This document shows positions 31,375-42,228 of a stretch of DNA of 64,000 nt, in pieces. Source of the DNA: Candidatus Dojkabacteria bacterium (GTDB taxonomy: Bacteria > Patescibacteriota > Dojkabacteria > JAOAGR01). The first letter of the stretch is position 1. Each line of letters starts with the position of its first letter. The stretch lies in NCBI GenBank assembly GCA_025999155.1, contig AP026679.1, positions 17,408 to 81,407 on the forward strand, written 5' to 3'. The notes under the pieces are model-generated. The model made no database searches. It saw nothing but the letters and a program-made list of their open reading frames with translations, and was not told where the DNA came from. The position numbers were made by a program, and so were the translations under genes.

Positions 31375-32005
31375 CTTTTTCTGTACCTTCTGCAAATGGG
31401 TCTGGTATGATGTAGACTTGTTGTTCGGGTTGTGTTTGTTTTTGTGTGTGTATTTGTGTGGGTACTGTTGGGTTATTAGTAGCGGCTTCTCCGTATTGAG
31501 AAGTCGGATTTGATGTTTCTGAATCACTTATCCGTTGGCTGTTTACTGGTGTTGTTGAGTAAGATGTTTGCAAAACGCTTTTGTAACTTTGTATGATCAG
31601 CGTCAAATTCTCATTAAGTTGTTTTAAATGTTGGTTTTCTTCTTGGAGCTTTTTTAGCTGTTGGGTGAGGTCATTTAGTTTAGCAAGCATCTCAATAACA
31701 TCTTTTGCTTTCATCAACAAATCAGCGTGTTCCGTTGATTCGTACATATCTTTTGCTATTTGATGTTCAGGAATAAAGCTATTTCGTAAATAATAATCTA
31801 AACCGACATCATCTGGTTCTCTGCCAAGTATTGTACGATATAGTCTTCTTATCAATTCGAATCGGGCCTTTTGCGAATCCTGGTTAATAGGATCTGATGA
31901 GTGATAAATTTGCGTCAAATTCGATGTTTGGGAGCCGGGAGATGACGGAATTTGCCCCCATTGTAAAGTCTTAATCCAATGATTTGTCGTATCTTGTCCA
32001 TTCAT
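31325..32005 (-). CDS. DUF4214-like domain plus coiled-coil protein
   Basis: RRLYRTILGREPDDVGLDYY motif, heptad region and Q/T/P-rich tail. Confidence 0.6.
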   Translation of the reverse strand: MNGQDTTNHWIKTLQWGQIPSSPGSQTSNLTQIYHSSDPINQDSQKARFELIRRLYRTILGREPDDVGLDYYLRNSFIPEHQIAKDMYESTEHADLLMKAKDVIEMLAKLNDLTQQLKKLQEENQHLKQLNENLTLIIQSYKSVLQTSYSTTPVNSQRISDSETSNPTSQYGEAATNNPTVPTQIHTQKQTQPEQQVYIIPDPFAEGTEKATNPIKRVLSSWFHFD

Positions 32006-32088
32006 ATCATTATTTTATCATAAATTTGACGGTTATTCTATAGGTCTTATATCTTGCAGATTGTCACGTATATGGATAATATGTCCAA

Positions 32089-33240
32089 ATGAGGAAAATT
32101 GTATTGATCGTACTAATCCTTGTCTTTGTTATAAAAGCCGAGAATCTGCATTTCGTATATGCACGGACAGTCACTTTTCCTGATAATACATTTACCTTTA
32201 ATCAAGAGGGAGAAAGACCAAAAAAACTGATCTTAATACCTGTAAAAAAATATTCTTTCTTTAATATCTCAAATGAAAAGTATGTACAAGAGTTAATATA
32301 TTATTTTATGAAATATGCCTTTCTATCACCTCCTATACACTATGTGGTCTTTGAAGATGGTAGCTATTATGTGTTGAATGATAATTTTGCTGGTTCCAGT
32401 GTGATCTCGAATTTGGATACAACCATAATATGCGTTTTACTCGTTTATGCAGAAAGCTTTCAATTAAGTAATTTTAAGTTGGGACTGGAGTCACTAATTT
32501 GGAATGGCCTACATACGCAAATTATGAATTCAGATATTCAGTCAACTAGTGATATTGAAGTCCGGGAGTTGAGAGTAGATGATGTAAAAAATACTTTAAT
32601 TTTCTCTGAACCCTATTATAATTCTTACCAGATTGCTAATATATTTGACAATGTAGATTATAAAACAAAAATCCTTTACAGTCCTACTGTAAGGATGACT
32701 TCGATTCCCCAAAAATTACCTCCAGATTCTCTGGTCGAGGTGAATTTTGCAATACAAAATAACACCACATTACAGTTTTTATTTGGAGAAACTAGCCAGT
32801 TAAAGGGCGTTTTTGAAAAAGACTCTATTTTTTACACCAGTCAGGACTGGCTAAATACACGTACTATATTCATAATCAAAAATGGTAGTATTAAACCTAA
32901 TCATGTAAAGAATGTAGTTGTCAAGTTTAGGACTCCACTACTACCAGGGGAATATTCCGAAACATTAAATATTTACATGAATAATGAAAAAATTGACGCC
33001 TTCCCAGTTTTGCTTAATGTCGATGATGTTGGTCAAAAAGTATTAATGATAAAACGAATCAATCAATGGTCTCTTGCTGTTCGAGCTGCTCCGAAATATG
33101 ATAGTCAGGAAATCGCACGTGTTGCACCAGGGGCAATGTTTCTTTATACCGATCAACAAAATGATTTTTATAAAATCAGAGTGTCTGGCAAAGACGGTTG
33201 GATCCCCTCAGGATTTGTAGAAATAGTCAAATCTCAATAA
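32089..33240 (+). CDS. Secreted protein with Ig-like and C-terminal SH3b domains
   Basis: Signal peptide, FRTPLLPGEY (Ig-like), LAVRAAP...GKDGWIPSGFV (SH3b). Confidence 0.65.
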   Translation: MRKIVLIVLILVFVIKAENLHFVYARTVTFPDNTFTFNQEGERPKKLILIPVKKYSFFNISNEKYVQELIYYFMKYAFLSPPIHYVVFEDGSYYVLNDNFAGSSVISNLDTTIICVLLVYAESFQLSNFKLGLESLIWNGLHTQIMNSDIQSTSDIEVRELRVDDVKNTLIFSEPYYNSYQIANIFDNVDYKTKILYSPTVRMTSIPQKLPPDSLVEVNFAIQNNTTLQFLFGETSQLKGVFEKDSIFYTSQDWLNTRTIFIIKNGSIKPNHVKNVVVKFRTPLLPGEYSETLNIYMNNEKIDAFPVLLNVDDVGQKVLMIKRINQWSLAVRAAPKYDSQEIARVAPGAMFLYTDQQNDFYKIRVSGKDGWIPSGFVEIVKSQ

Positions 33241-33306
33241 AAGGTTAGAAAGTAAATATCTCTTGCATATTTAAACTGTTCGAGTAATATAAACTAGAGT
33301 ACGAAT

Positions 33307-33609
33307 ATGCGCAACACCCTGTATAACATCTTTGATGTAATGCTTGTTCTATCTTTTACTTTATTGGTACCTACAAATATTTTATGGTATTTTGGGTTCG
33401 GTAGCAGAAAAGAAACGCCTGATATCGGTTTAAGTGGTATTTATACTTATTCAATTCTGGGGATACGAGACGGTGATGACACAAAATTAATCGGAGTGGA
33501 CATATCGAACGCCCTTATAGCGTCTTATATTTTACTGGGTTTTATAGTCATTATTCTGATTTATACAATCGGAAAACGAAAAACGAAAGATGTCTTTAGA
33601 TACAAATAA
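33307..33609 (+). CDS. Small hypothetical membrane protein (2 TM)
   Basis: Two hydrophobic helices; overlaps the parB start. Confidence 0.55.
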   Translation: MRNTLYNIFDVMLVLSFTLLVPTNILWYFGFGSRKETPDIGLSGIYTYSILGIRDGDDTKLIGVDISNALIASYILLGFIVIILIYTIGKRKTKDVFRYK

Positions 33610-34498
33610 AAATAGATCTTTAGGTCGTGGATTAGCGTCTCTTTTACCACAAAATGTGGCAAACGATATTGTTGACGATAATAATCAAGAAGGGTTTAGA
33701 TATTTAGAAATTAAGAAGATTATTCCTAATCCATATCAGCCCAGGCAAAGTATTCCTATTGCTTCGATATTGGAGCTTTCCGAGTCTATTAAAGAAAAGG
33801 GGGTCATGGTACCAATTACTGTTGTGCCGAAAAATGACGGTACGGACACCTATATTTTAGTAGCTGGGGAAAGGCGATTCAGTGCAGCAAAACTGGCAGG
33901 TTTAGACAAAATCCCTGCTGTCGTGACACAAATGACAGAAAGCGAAATGGCGGAGGCTGCCCTTATAGAGAACATACATAGAAAAGATTTAAATCCTATT
34001 GAAGAAGCTTATGCTTTCTTACGTCTTGTGCATGAGTTTGGTATGACAACAGATGATATTGCCCGCAAGATAAGTAAAAATAAAACCTATGTTGAAAGCA
34101 AAATTAAGTTGACTGAGTTACCCAAGATAGTACAAAATTCTATTGCTGTTGGTGAAATATCAGAGAATCATGGAAAAGTTCTTTTAACATTAAATGACGA
34201 AAAAGCTATTATAGCCGCATTAAAGATTGTTATACGAAATAATTTGAGTGTACGAAAAACAGAGGAGCTAGTAAGAGAAATAAAACTAGAAACAGGCAAA
34301 CAGACTAAGTATTTGTGGAGTAATAAATATGCTGAGTGGTTTGAAAGGTATTCATATGTTAAAGATGGTTTAAGTGAGATTACTGGGTGTGAAATAAAGC
34401 TAAAACGTAATCGTAGAAATGGAGGTGCCATTTTGATACACTTCAATAATGATGAAGAGCTTGATACTATTTACCGAAAACTTGTCAGAAAAGAATAG
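33590..34498 (+). CDS. parB: Chromosome partitioning protein ParB/Spo0J
   Basis: LGRGLASLL, PNPYQPR, VAGERR, ENIHRKDLNPIEEA. Confidence 0.95.
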   Translation: MSLDTNKNRSLGRGLASLLPQNVANDIVDDNNQEGFRYLEIKKIIPNPYQPRQSIPIASILELSESIKEKGVMVPITVVPKNDGTDTYILVAGERRFSAAKLAGLDKIPAVVTQMTESEMAEAALIENIHRKDLNPIEEAYAFLRLVHEFGMTTDDIARKISKNKTYVESKIKLTELPKIVQNSIAVGEISENHGKVLLTLNDEKAIIAALKIVIRNNLSVRKTEELVREIKLETGKQTKYLWSNKYAEWFERYSYVKDGLSEITGCEIKLKRNRRNGGAILIHFNNDEELDTIYRKLVRKE

Positions 34499-35174
34499 TA
34501 ATAGGCTCTCTTACATATTTGAACATGTATTATTAAATAAACGTAAAAATTTACGAATTGTTAGGCCGTATCAGTATTTTGGGGTTTGGATGGCTTATAT
34601 TCTAAATGATTTGGAAAACATTCCTGTCTACATAAAATTAGCTAAAGAACAAGAGCGAACATTATTAGAATCAGCTCTATCGTATGTAAAGGATTATCCG
34701 AACGCTAAATCGAAAGCCAAATTGTTTTTTTGGTATCTGAAGGGGAAATTGAGGAAAACTAGTAAAACACAATCTAAAACTAAATCTCGCAAAAAAAACG
34801 AATGTGAGCTGGTGTTATGTCCAAACAAAAAAGTACGCATTGTGCCTAATAATGTGAGAGATATCTCCCTGAAAACTATTACAAGGTCTTCAGTAAAAAG
34901 AACGACGGAATATAAAGATAAAGCTTTATCTGTTGTAAAATGGGAAAAAGATGTGTGTTTTGGTGTCTATAAATTAGATTATTATTGTCGTACAAATAAA
35001 ATCGGTATTGACTTAGTTGAGAACTCGGTGCATAAGTCATTGTCAGCAACAACATATATAACCAAAAAGCGGTCATTTTTAGAGTCGTTGGGTATTAAAT
35101 ATTTGCGTATTGATAAAGAAAATATTGCGGGCGATGTAGAGAAATATTTAATACATATGGTTAATTCTTTTTAA
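34449..35174 (+). CDS. Hypothetical protein: helical N-domain plus DUF559/Vsr-like endonuclease-fold C-domain
   Basis: C-terminal YKLDYYC..KIGIDL....H...FLESLGIKYLRI resembles DUF559. The start is uncertain. Confidence 0.5.
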   Translation: MMKSLILFTENLSEKNSNRLSYIFEHVLLNKRKNLRIVRPYQYFGVWMAYILNDLENIPVYIKLAKEQERTLLESALSYVKDYPNAKSKAKLFFWYLKGKLRKTSKTQSKTKSRKKNECELVLCPNKKVRIVPNNVRDISLKTITRSSVKRTTEYKDKALSVVKWEKDVCFGVYKLDYYCRTNKIGIDLVENSVHKSLSATTYITKKRSFLESLGIKYLRIDKENIAGDVEKYLIHMVNSF

Positions 35175-35232
35175 TAGTTGGGATTTCATTGAGTTTGTAT
35201 GTCTGTTGTTATTTGTATTTTGTATATTTTTT

Positions 35233-35631
35233 TTATTGATTTAAATCTTGTTTATTTTGAATTTTTCGAAAACATTCAACGGAAAGCATAACACACTTTC
35301 GTCTTGTTGGGTTTACATCTATACCTATTAGTTTCTTGATAAAGTCGTAATCAAGTTTTTTTACTTGGTCTATATGCATACCTACTAATTCCTCTGTTAG
35401 CATAGATGCTGTTGCTTGTGACAATGCACAACCTTCTCCTTCGAACGAAAGTTTTTGGATTTGACCTTTTGAATCAAGTTTGAAATAGAATTTTAGAGCG
35501 TCACCACAAAGCGTATTGACTTCGTATACTATTATATTAGCATCATCCAATTTACCTTTATTTCTAGGGTTTTTATAATGATCTATGATATTTTGCTTGT
35601 ATATATCCATATGTTTTGCCTGAAAATACAT
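35233..35631 (-). CDS. Fe-S scaffold / sulfur-transfer protein, SufU/IscU family
   Basis: IIDHYKNPRN, NTLCGD, GCALSQATAS, RRKC. The start is probably 35610. Confidence 0.9.
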   Translation of the reverse strand: MYFQAKHMDIYKQNIIDHYKNPRNKGKLDDANIIVYEVNTLCGDALKFYFKLDSKGQIQKLSFEGEGCALSQATASMLTEELVGMHIDQVKKLDYDFIKKLIGIDVNPTRRKCVMLSVECFRKIQNKQDLNQ

Positions 35632-35849
35632 TAAATCTGTCTTAACTTCAATATAATTTATGATTATTTACTTTATTTAGATTGATCTTGTTTATAATTT
35701 ATGAGACATGTTTTTAAGATAAAGATAGATGTCTTATTAATTTTTTACAAAACTCATGTCATTCAAAAATTTTCATTTGCAATTTTGAACATCATTGCTA
35801 TCAATCGAATATATTGTATTTACGATGATAATTGATATATAATGGAGCA

Positions 35850-38342
35850 ATGGATATTTTAGAAATTATTTCGTCTGATTTCCGCTTGATGTCGGTTATT
35901 TGTCCTAATTTGATTTTTGTATTGACAATATTAGGTTTTTTAGCGTGGATTTTAGTATCTAACCAAAAAACAAAAGCTACTTCCATTTCTCAGAATAACG
36001 CTATAGTCATTCGTGATTGGCTTTTAGAACAAAAGGCTAAAGGCCTTAGTGATATTGACCAATTGATTGGTGTTATTTCCGAAGAATCGGGTACATTTAA
36101 AGATTCTTTACAACAGCCTAGTTTGAATACAGTTACTGCTATGCCTTCAGACACTCCGGTGTCTACACCTGAGCTAGTAGTGAAAAATAACTGGATGGAT
36201 ACAAATGAGAAAAAGGCTACTTTTCTTTTGTATTTTGGATCATTTCTTGTTACTGTGTCTCTTTTTGTACTGGTTGTTTTGAGTTGGCAAAATTTAAATG
36301 ATATAGTCAAGAATTTAATTCTTCTTTGTGCTATTTTTGGTTTTTACGCATTAGGTATTTTTGCTTATTACATACTAAATTTAAAGGATGCTGCCCATAC
36401 TTTCTATGCTACAGGATCTATCATTTTAGGACTTTCTGGTATCGGTTTTTGGAACTTCGGTATTAAGTATACAGGTGCGGATATCAAATTATATGCTACG
36501 ATTTATTCTGCTATTATTTTATTGGTTAATGGAGCCTTGTTTGCTTTTATTGAGAGGAAGAGGTTTCTATATCTGTCTCTCTTATCTCTTTATATCTTTG
36601 TGATTTCCTTTGCGTTTTTATTAACACAAAAAGATTTGTATAGGTATTTTTTGATAGTTTTAGCAAATACCGGTATTTATGTTGCTTCAGTGAAGTTCGC
36701 AAAGATAAAAAAAGAAACTTATTTATTTTCTAGTATCGTTAATTGGTTGTTAATTATATTTATCTATACTTGGTTATTGATCAGTCCTTCTCTTAGTAGA
36801 CAAAATACTAACTGGTTTGATTCTCTAGTTATCTGGTTGTTATGTCTAATGCCGACGGTTCACATTTTAATTAGCTATTTTCGAAATAATGCAAGGATTA
36901 GTTTGTTAATAGACTCGGTACTGATTTACTTTAAGCTAATAATTATATCGGATTATTTTCGTTTTGATTCGAATACGATACTAATAATCTTGTCGATAGC
37001 AAATATTCTCATGGTATATTTTTACAAACTCTTTGTATTTGCTAGTATTTTGAGTAATTTAGGCTTGTTGATAGGTATATTTTCACAGACACTGCTCAAC
37101 TATATTGCTATATTTGGTTTGTTCTTTGATGAATCAGCTTTGACATATCTTGATAAATTTACATTTATACTATTTGCTACTGCAACATCATTTATTTATC
37201 TATTCCCTTGGCTATTGAATCGTAGTAAAGTCATCTTAGGTTTTGGATTACTATATGTGATTTTCATTACTTTAAGAGCATTATTTTTCTACTTCCATTA
37301 TATTGATCCTTGGGTTTTGATGTCTTTGATAGGAATTATTGTATTAGGTTTGACATCTATTGTCTGCTGGTACAAATACAAAAATTCTTTAAATATGCAA
37401 GTGATGAATATAGTACTCGTGGGCTTAAGCTTGCTTTATACACTTCTATCACTATTTATTGAAGATAATTTAATCACATCTGTTAATTTCGTTATTATAA
37501 CTTTGAGCTTAGTAGGTTTATCTTCTTTCTTCAATAATTTGTTGACACGAGTTATTTCCGTAGTTACATTTAATGTCAGTCTACTTTATTTATTAGTACA
37601 CTATGCTGTACCCGTACATCAATTAATTATTTATTTATCCGTGGTGAATGCTGTACTTAGCTTCTCTGAGTGGCTTAGTATTGGTAAGATCAAGGAATTT
37701 TGTATTCATCATTATGGTTTAATTGCCAAATTATTTGTGCTTGTCTATATGTTTATTTATACTTCCTACCTTTTTGGGCATGCAAAAGACTTCTCTCCAT
37801 ATTATCTTTTGGCTATAGCACCTGTTTTTCTGATATCGAAATTTCCATTTAGTAACAGACTTTTTGGTTTACCACTTCTGTTTTTCTCATGGTACTATAT
37901 AAACGAATATCACTTGTCTTCACAGCTTTACTATCTATCTACAACTTTATATTTATTATCATTAAGTCTTGTTGAGTTCTTCACTAAGCATTCTACTAGA
38001 TCTATAGTTTTTGAATCGGTTGCTTATTTCATACAATTTTTTGCATTGTTCATGGACTCATTAAATTATCACAATAACTTAAACACTAATTCGTATTTGT
38101 CAGTACCTGTCGGTACTTTATATGCATTTTTATTGTTGTTGCTTTCTGCTTCTGTAATCGTGTTAGGTTATATAAGGGATAAAAAGCCTATATGGATTAT
38201 AGGAGCAATATTTCTAACCTTAGCTTTATTGAGGCTTATTGCTTTGACCGTTTTCTTCTTATGGTGGCTTTATCTTGCAATTTTCGGGTTTATAATAATC
38301 GGTATAGCTGTATTTTGGTTATTCAAACTCTCTCGTCAATAG
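35850..38342 (+). CDS. Large polytopic membrane protein (DUF2157/DUF2339-like)
   Basis: More than 20 hydrophobic segments, LLYFGSFL...SWQ motif. ATG 35850 has TATAAT 6 nt upstream. Confidence 0.65.
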   Translation: MDILEIISSDFRLMSVICPNLIFVLTILGFLAWILVSNQKTKATSISQNNAIVIRDWLLEQKAKGLSDIDQLIGVISEESGTFKDSLQQPSLNTVTAMPSDTPVSTPELVVKNNWMDTNEKKATFLLYFGSFLVTVSLFVLVVLSWQNLNDIVKNLILLCAIFGFYALGIFAYYILNLKDAAHTFYATGSIILGLSGIGFWNFGIKYTGADIKLYATIYSAIILLVNGALFAFIERKRFLYLSLLSLYIFVISFAFLLTQKDLYRYFLIVLANTGIYVASVKFAKIKKETYLFSSIVNWLLIIFIYTWLLISPSLSRQNTNWFDSLVIWLLCLMPTVHILISYFRNNARISLLIDSVLIYFKLIIISDYFRFDSNTILIILSIANILMVYFYKLFVFASILSNLGLLIGIFSQTLLNYIAIFGLFFDESALTYLDKFTFILFATATSFIYLFPWLLNRSKVILGFGLLYVIFITLRALFFYFHYIDPWVLMSLIGIIVLGLTSIVCWYKYKNSLNMQVMNIVLVGLSLLYTLLSLFIEDNLITSVNFVIITLSLVGLSSFFNNLLTRVISVVTFNVSLLYLLVHYAVPVHQLIIYLSVVNAVLSFSEWLSIGKIKEFCIHHYGLIAKLFVLVYMFIYTSYLFGHAKDFSPYYLLAIAPVFLISKFPFSNRLFGLPLLFFSWYYINEYHLSSQLYYLSTTLYLLSLSLVEFFTKHSTRSIVFESVAYFIQFFALFMDSLNYHNNLNTNSYLSVPVGTLYAFLLLLLSASVIVLGYIRDKKPIWIIGAIFLTLALLRLIALTVFFLWWLYLAIFGFIIIGIAVFWLFKLSRQ

Positions 38343-38344
38343 AT

Positions 38345-40039
38345 TTAAAATATCTCTATTATTTCATACTCAAGTTGTTTGGTGTTGTTCCATGTAGTTA
38401 TTGTAAAATGTCCTAATACATTGATATGTTGTCCTACTTGTATATGGGAATATTTTTGTGATCCGTTAAAGCTTTTTGCCGTAATTTTTCCATGCCCGTG
38501 TCTAATGAAAAACATAATATGATTATAGTCTTTACCGAAAGTTTTAATGTCTTCAATATAGGCGTCAAATAGGACAAAAGTCGGTTTAGGATTACCAAGT
38601 CCGAATGGTTCAAGTAACTTTAGTTCTTCAATATCGTCTATAGTTATTGTTCCTAAATCAGAGATTTCTACATCTGCTTTCATACTTCTTGAAAAATCCT
38701 TTGCTTTAGTGTTTTTTTCTATATATTCTAAAATAGTATCTTCAAAACCATTAAAAATACTGATTTGACTAGCAAAACCGGCTGCTTGCTTATGTCCACC
38801 ATATCGTAATAAGTGTTGTTTTGCCGCCTCTAAGACTTGATTTAAGTGTAATTTTTCAAGTGGAGATCGTGATGAGCCTGTGATTTTACCTTTACGATCA
38901 ACTGTCGCTATAAATGTAGGACGAAAATACTTTTCGGCTATTTTACTAGCTATTAATCCCAAAATACCTTCGGGCCATTCGCTACCTTTTATTACTATGG
39001 CTTTATCTATAGTATTAATTTGGCTTTCTGCCATCTGTATAAACTGTTCTGTCAATTGTTGGCGCTTGGTGTTGAGTTCGTTCAATTCTACGGCGAGTTC
39101 TTTTGCTTGTTTAATATTGCGAGTGGCTAGCAGCCGCATTGCTTTTATTGCGTCATTCAGTATACGACCTGGAGCATTTAATCTTGGACCCAAAACAAAA
39201 CCAAAATGGTAAGTTTGTATATACACGGGATCTATTGCAGCAATATTCATCAGTTCTTGCAGTCCTATACGCTTATTTTCCTTGATTTTTTCGATACCTC
39301 TTAAAACAAACTTACGGTTTTCTGTAGTGAGCGGAATAATATCACATATTGTCGATATAACAACTAAATCAAGATAGTCTGTTGTATCTATATAAGGCCC
39401 GTTTTTTTTGGTTGCTTCAATTGCACGTACTAGTTGCCATGCTGTCGCAGCTCCAGAAATCATTGTTGAAAATTGTGATTCAGGATGAGCAGAGTGTACC
39501 ACGGCTTTTGCATCTGGTAGTATGATTTGTCCACTTTCATCTGTAAGAAATTGATGATGATCAGTAATGATGAAGTCTATCTGATGTTTGAATCTATCGA
39601 CTAAATCTCTATCTTTAATACCAGAATCAACAGTAATTATTAAATCGGCATTTAAATTAATAGCTTTTTGTATAGTTTTTTCACTAAGTCCATAGCCCTC
39701 ATCCACACGATTCGGAATAATAGGTAGTGCGTCAGCCCTTCTTGTGAAATATAGATAGTCCCATAATATTGTAGATGCACATACCCCATCTACATCAAAG
39801 TCACCGTGAATAATAATCTTTTTCCCTTTTTCTATGTAATCGTTAATCAAGAGTGCTGCTTTTGTGATTCCAAATATGCGAAAAGGATCTTCAAAATCTT
39901 GTTGATGTATCGTAATAAAATTATACGCTTCTTCTTCGTTCAAACCGAGAGAGTAGAGAAGAGTTTTGGTTAGATTTCGGATTTTTAGCTTGGGATAATA
40001 ATCTTTGATTTCTTTAATTTTGATTTCGATATTATTCAT
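38345..40039 (-). CDS. recJ: ssDNA exonuclease RecJ
   Basis: GDFDVDG, EGYGL, TVDSG, TDHH, PRLNAPGR, GGHKQAAG, EPFGLGNP. Confidence 0.96.
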   Translation of the reverse strand: MNNIEIKIKEIKDYYPKLKIRNLTKTLLYSLGLNEEEAYNFITIHQQDFEDPFRIFGITKAALLINDYIEKGKKIIIHGDFDVDGVCASTILWDYLYFTRRADALPIIPNRVDEGYGLSEKTIQKAINLNADLIITVDSGIKDRDLVDRFKHQIDFIITDHHQFLTDESGQIILPDAKAVVHSAHPESQFSTMISGAATAWQLVRAIEATKKNGPYIDTTDYLDLVVISTICDIIPLTTENRKFVLRGIEKIKENKRIGLQELMNIAAIDPVYIQTYHFGFVLGPRLNAPGRILNDAIKAMRLLATRNIKQAKELAVELNELNTKRQQLTEQFIQMAESQINTIDKAIVIKGSEWPEGILGLIASKIAEKYFRPTFIATVDRKGKITGSSRSPLEKLHLNQVLEAAKQHLLRYGGHKQAAGFASQISIFNGFEDTILEYIEKNTKAKDFSRSMKADVEISDLGTITIDDIEELKLLEPFGLGNPKPTFVLFDAYIEDIKTFGKDYNHIMFFIRHGHGKITAKSFNGSQKYSHIQVGQHINVLGHFTITTWNNTKQLEYEIIEIF

Positions 40040-40163
40040 TATAAGCTTTCAGCGGTGAGATGATTATGCAATTCATAATATAAATTTCAAGGTGAATAAA
40101 TAAATAGGGTCCTGCGTATTATTAAATTTTTGATTTATAGAATCATGCGTTAGAATATTTCTG

Positions 40164-40190
40164 TTGGCAGACAATTAAGGCTCTTGCTAA
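40164..40190 (+). promoter_or_regulatory. CIRCE-like (HrcA) operator upstream of dnaK
   Basis: TTGGCAGAC-N9-TCTTGCTAA, 7 nt after TAGAAT (40151-40156). Confidence 0.65.
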
Positions 40191-40228
40191 TTTTTGAATT
40201 TTATGTAAAATTCGTGTTGATAAATGCT

Positions 40229-42130
40229 ATGTCAAGGATAATAGGAATAGATTTAGGAACAACAAACTCCTGCATGGCTGTTAACCAAACAGTCGGCGGT
40301 CCAAAAGTTATACCAAATGCCGAAGGAGCTAATACAACTCCTTCAGTCGTTGCTTGGAGCAATGGAGAACGTATAGTCGGTATTGCAGCAAAAAATCAAA
40401 GTGTATTAAATCCGAAAAATACTCTGTATTCTGTAAAAAGACTAATAGGAAGAAAATACAGTGATCCGGAGGTTCAAAGGGATATCAAATTACTTCCATA
40501 CGATATCAGAGAAGCAAAAAATGGTGGTGTGGAAGTAAAATTTGGTGAAGAGTGGCTTCCTCCTGAAGCTATATCTGCTATGGTTCTACAAAAGTTGAAA
40601 GCTGATGCAGAGAAGTTTTTAGGAGAGCCTGTGACAAGGGCTGTAATTACAGTTCCAGCTTACTTCGATGATGCTCAGAGACAAGCTACAAAGAATGCAG
40701 GGAAAATTGCAGGTCTTGAAGTTGAAAGAATTATTAATGAGCCTACGGCTGCGGCATTAGCTTATGGTCTGGATAAGAAAAAAGATGAGACTATTGTTGT
40801 GTACGATCTTGGAGGAGGTACTTTTGATGTGACTGTATTAGAAATTGGCGATGGAGTTTTTGAAGTTAAGGCTACAAATGGTGATACTCATCTGGGAGGG
40901 GATGATTTTGATCAAAGGATCATTAATTATTTAAATGAAGAATTTAAGAAAGCAAATGGTATTGATTTGAAGGAAGATACAGCAGCTTTACAGAGGCTGA
41001 AAGAAGCTGCAGAAAAAGCAAAAATAGAATTGTCAACATTGACGCAAACCCAAGTCAACATTCCTTATATTACTGCAGACAAAACTGGTCCAAAACATTT
41101 AAATGTTACATTAACAAGAGCAAAACTTGAGGAGCTTGTAAGCGATTTACTAGAAGCAACTCTTGAACCAGTGCGTAAGGCACTAGCTGATGCAGGTAAG
41201 AGCGTAGCGGATATAGATGAAGTGGTGCTTGTTGGTGGTATGACCAGAATGCCTAAAGTCCAACAAATAGTCAAAGAATTCTTTGGAAAGGAGCCTCATG
41301 CTGGAGTAAATCCTGACGAGGTTGTCGCTATTGGTGCTGCTATTCAAGCTGGTGTGTTACAAGGAGATGTGCACGATATTACATTGTTAGATGTCACACC
41401 GTTGTCTTTAGGTGTTGAGACAGAGGGAGGTATTATGACTAAGATTATCGAGCGAAATACAACCATACCTGTAGAAAAGAAGCAGATTTTTTCCACTGCA
41501 GCAGATAATCAGCCAAGCGTAGAGATTGTGATACTCCAAGGCGAAAGGCCAATGGCTGCAGATAACAAGGTCTTAGGAAGATTTATATTAGATGGTATTA
41601 GGCCGGCTCCGCGAGGAGTTCCTAGAATTGAAGTGACTTTTGATATTGATGCAAATGGTATATTGAAGGTGACTGCAAAAGATTTAGATACCGGGAAAGA
41701 GTTAAGTCAAACTGTTAAAGCAACAACAAATTTGACGGAAGATGAAATTGATAAAATGATAAAAGAGGCAGAAAAGTATGCAGAAGAAGATAAAAAGAAA
41801 AAAGAGCTTGCAGAAGCTCGCAATGATGCAGAATCTGCTATATCTGCCATTGAGAGATTAAAAAGTGAAAATAAAGACAAGCTCACAGAAGAACATAGTA
41901 AAGAGTTAGATACACATGTACAAAAATTGAAAGATCTATTGTCGCACTCTGCTCCAAGTATTGCTGATTTGAAGAGCGCTGCTGAGGATGCTCAGAAAAC
42001 GGCTTATAACATTGCTGCCCAGCTCGCGTCTCAAAGCAGCCCACAAACAGATAAAGCAAATGGATCCGAATCGAAGACAGATGGGTCTGATCAAAATAAC
42101 GAAGTAAAAGAAGGTGAAGTAGTAAAGTAA
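40229..42130 (+). CDS. dnaK: Chaperone DnaK
   Basis: [29 protein letters not shown]; ATG 40229. Confidence 0.99.
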   Translation: MSRIIGIDLGTTNSCMAVNQTVGGPKVIPNAEGANTTPSVVAWSNGERIVGIAAKNQSVLNPKNTLYSVKRLIGRKYSDPEVQRDIKLLPYDIREAKNGGVEVKFGEEWLPPEAISAMVLQKLKADAEKFLGEPVTRAVITVPAYFDDAQRQATKNAGKIAGLEVERIINEPTAAALAYGLDKKKDETIVVYDLGGGTFDVTVLEIGDGVFEVKATNGDTHLGGDDFDQRIINYLNEEFKKANGIDLKEDTAALQRLKEAAEKAKIELSTLTQTQVNIPYITADKTGPKHLNVTLTRAKLEELVSDLLEATLEPVRKALADAGKSVADIDEVVLVGGMTRMPKVQQIVKEFFGKEPHAGVNPDEVVAIGAAIQAGVLQGDVHDITLLDVTPLSLGVETEGGIMTKIIERNTTIPVEKKQIFSTAADNQPSVEIVILQGERPMAADNKVLGRFILDGIRPAPRGVPRIEVTFDIDANGILKVTAKDLDTGKELSQTVKATTNLTEDEIDKMIKEAEKYAEEDKKKKELAEARNDAESAISAIERLKSENKDKLTEEHSKELDTHVQKLKDLLSHSAPSIADLKSAAEDAQKTAYNIAAQLASQSSPQTDKANGSESKTDGSDQNNEVKEGEVVK

Positions 42131-42161
42131 AAAAAGATATTCGCCAGTAGCAAAATTTTAG

Positions 42162-42191
42162 AAAATCAGGGGCATGTACCCCTGATTTTTT
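42162..42191 (+). terminator. Intrinsic terminator after dnaK
   Basis: AAAATCAGGGG-catgta-CCCCTGATTTT hairpin followed by a T tract. Confidence 0.85.
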
Positions 42192-42228
42192 GTATCTAAT
42201 GTATAATTTAATATAATTGAATACAACG

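Noticed and set aside
35632-35849. AT-rich spacer with GACATG...CATGTC as an oriC or ncRNA
   Set aside because: No DnaA-box cluster or convincing stem is present; it is consistent with divergent promoters.
40184-40228. N-terminal extension of DnaK from a TTG start (similarly ArgS from 17491)
   Set aside because: The extension overlaps operator or promoter elements; the conserved protein begins at the downstream ATG.
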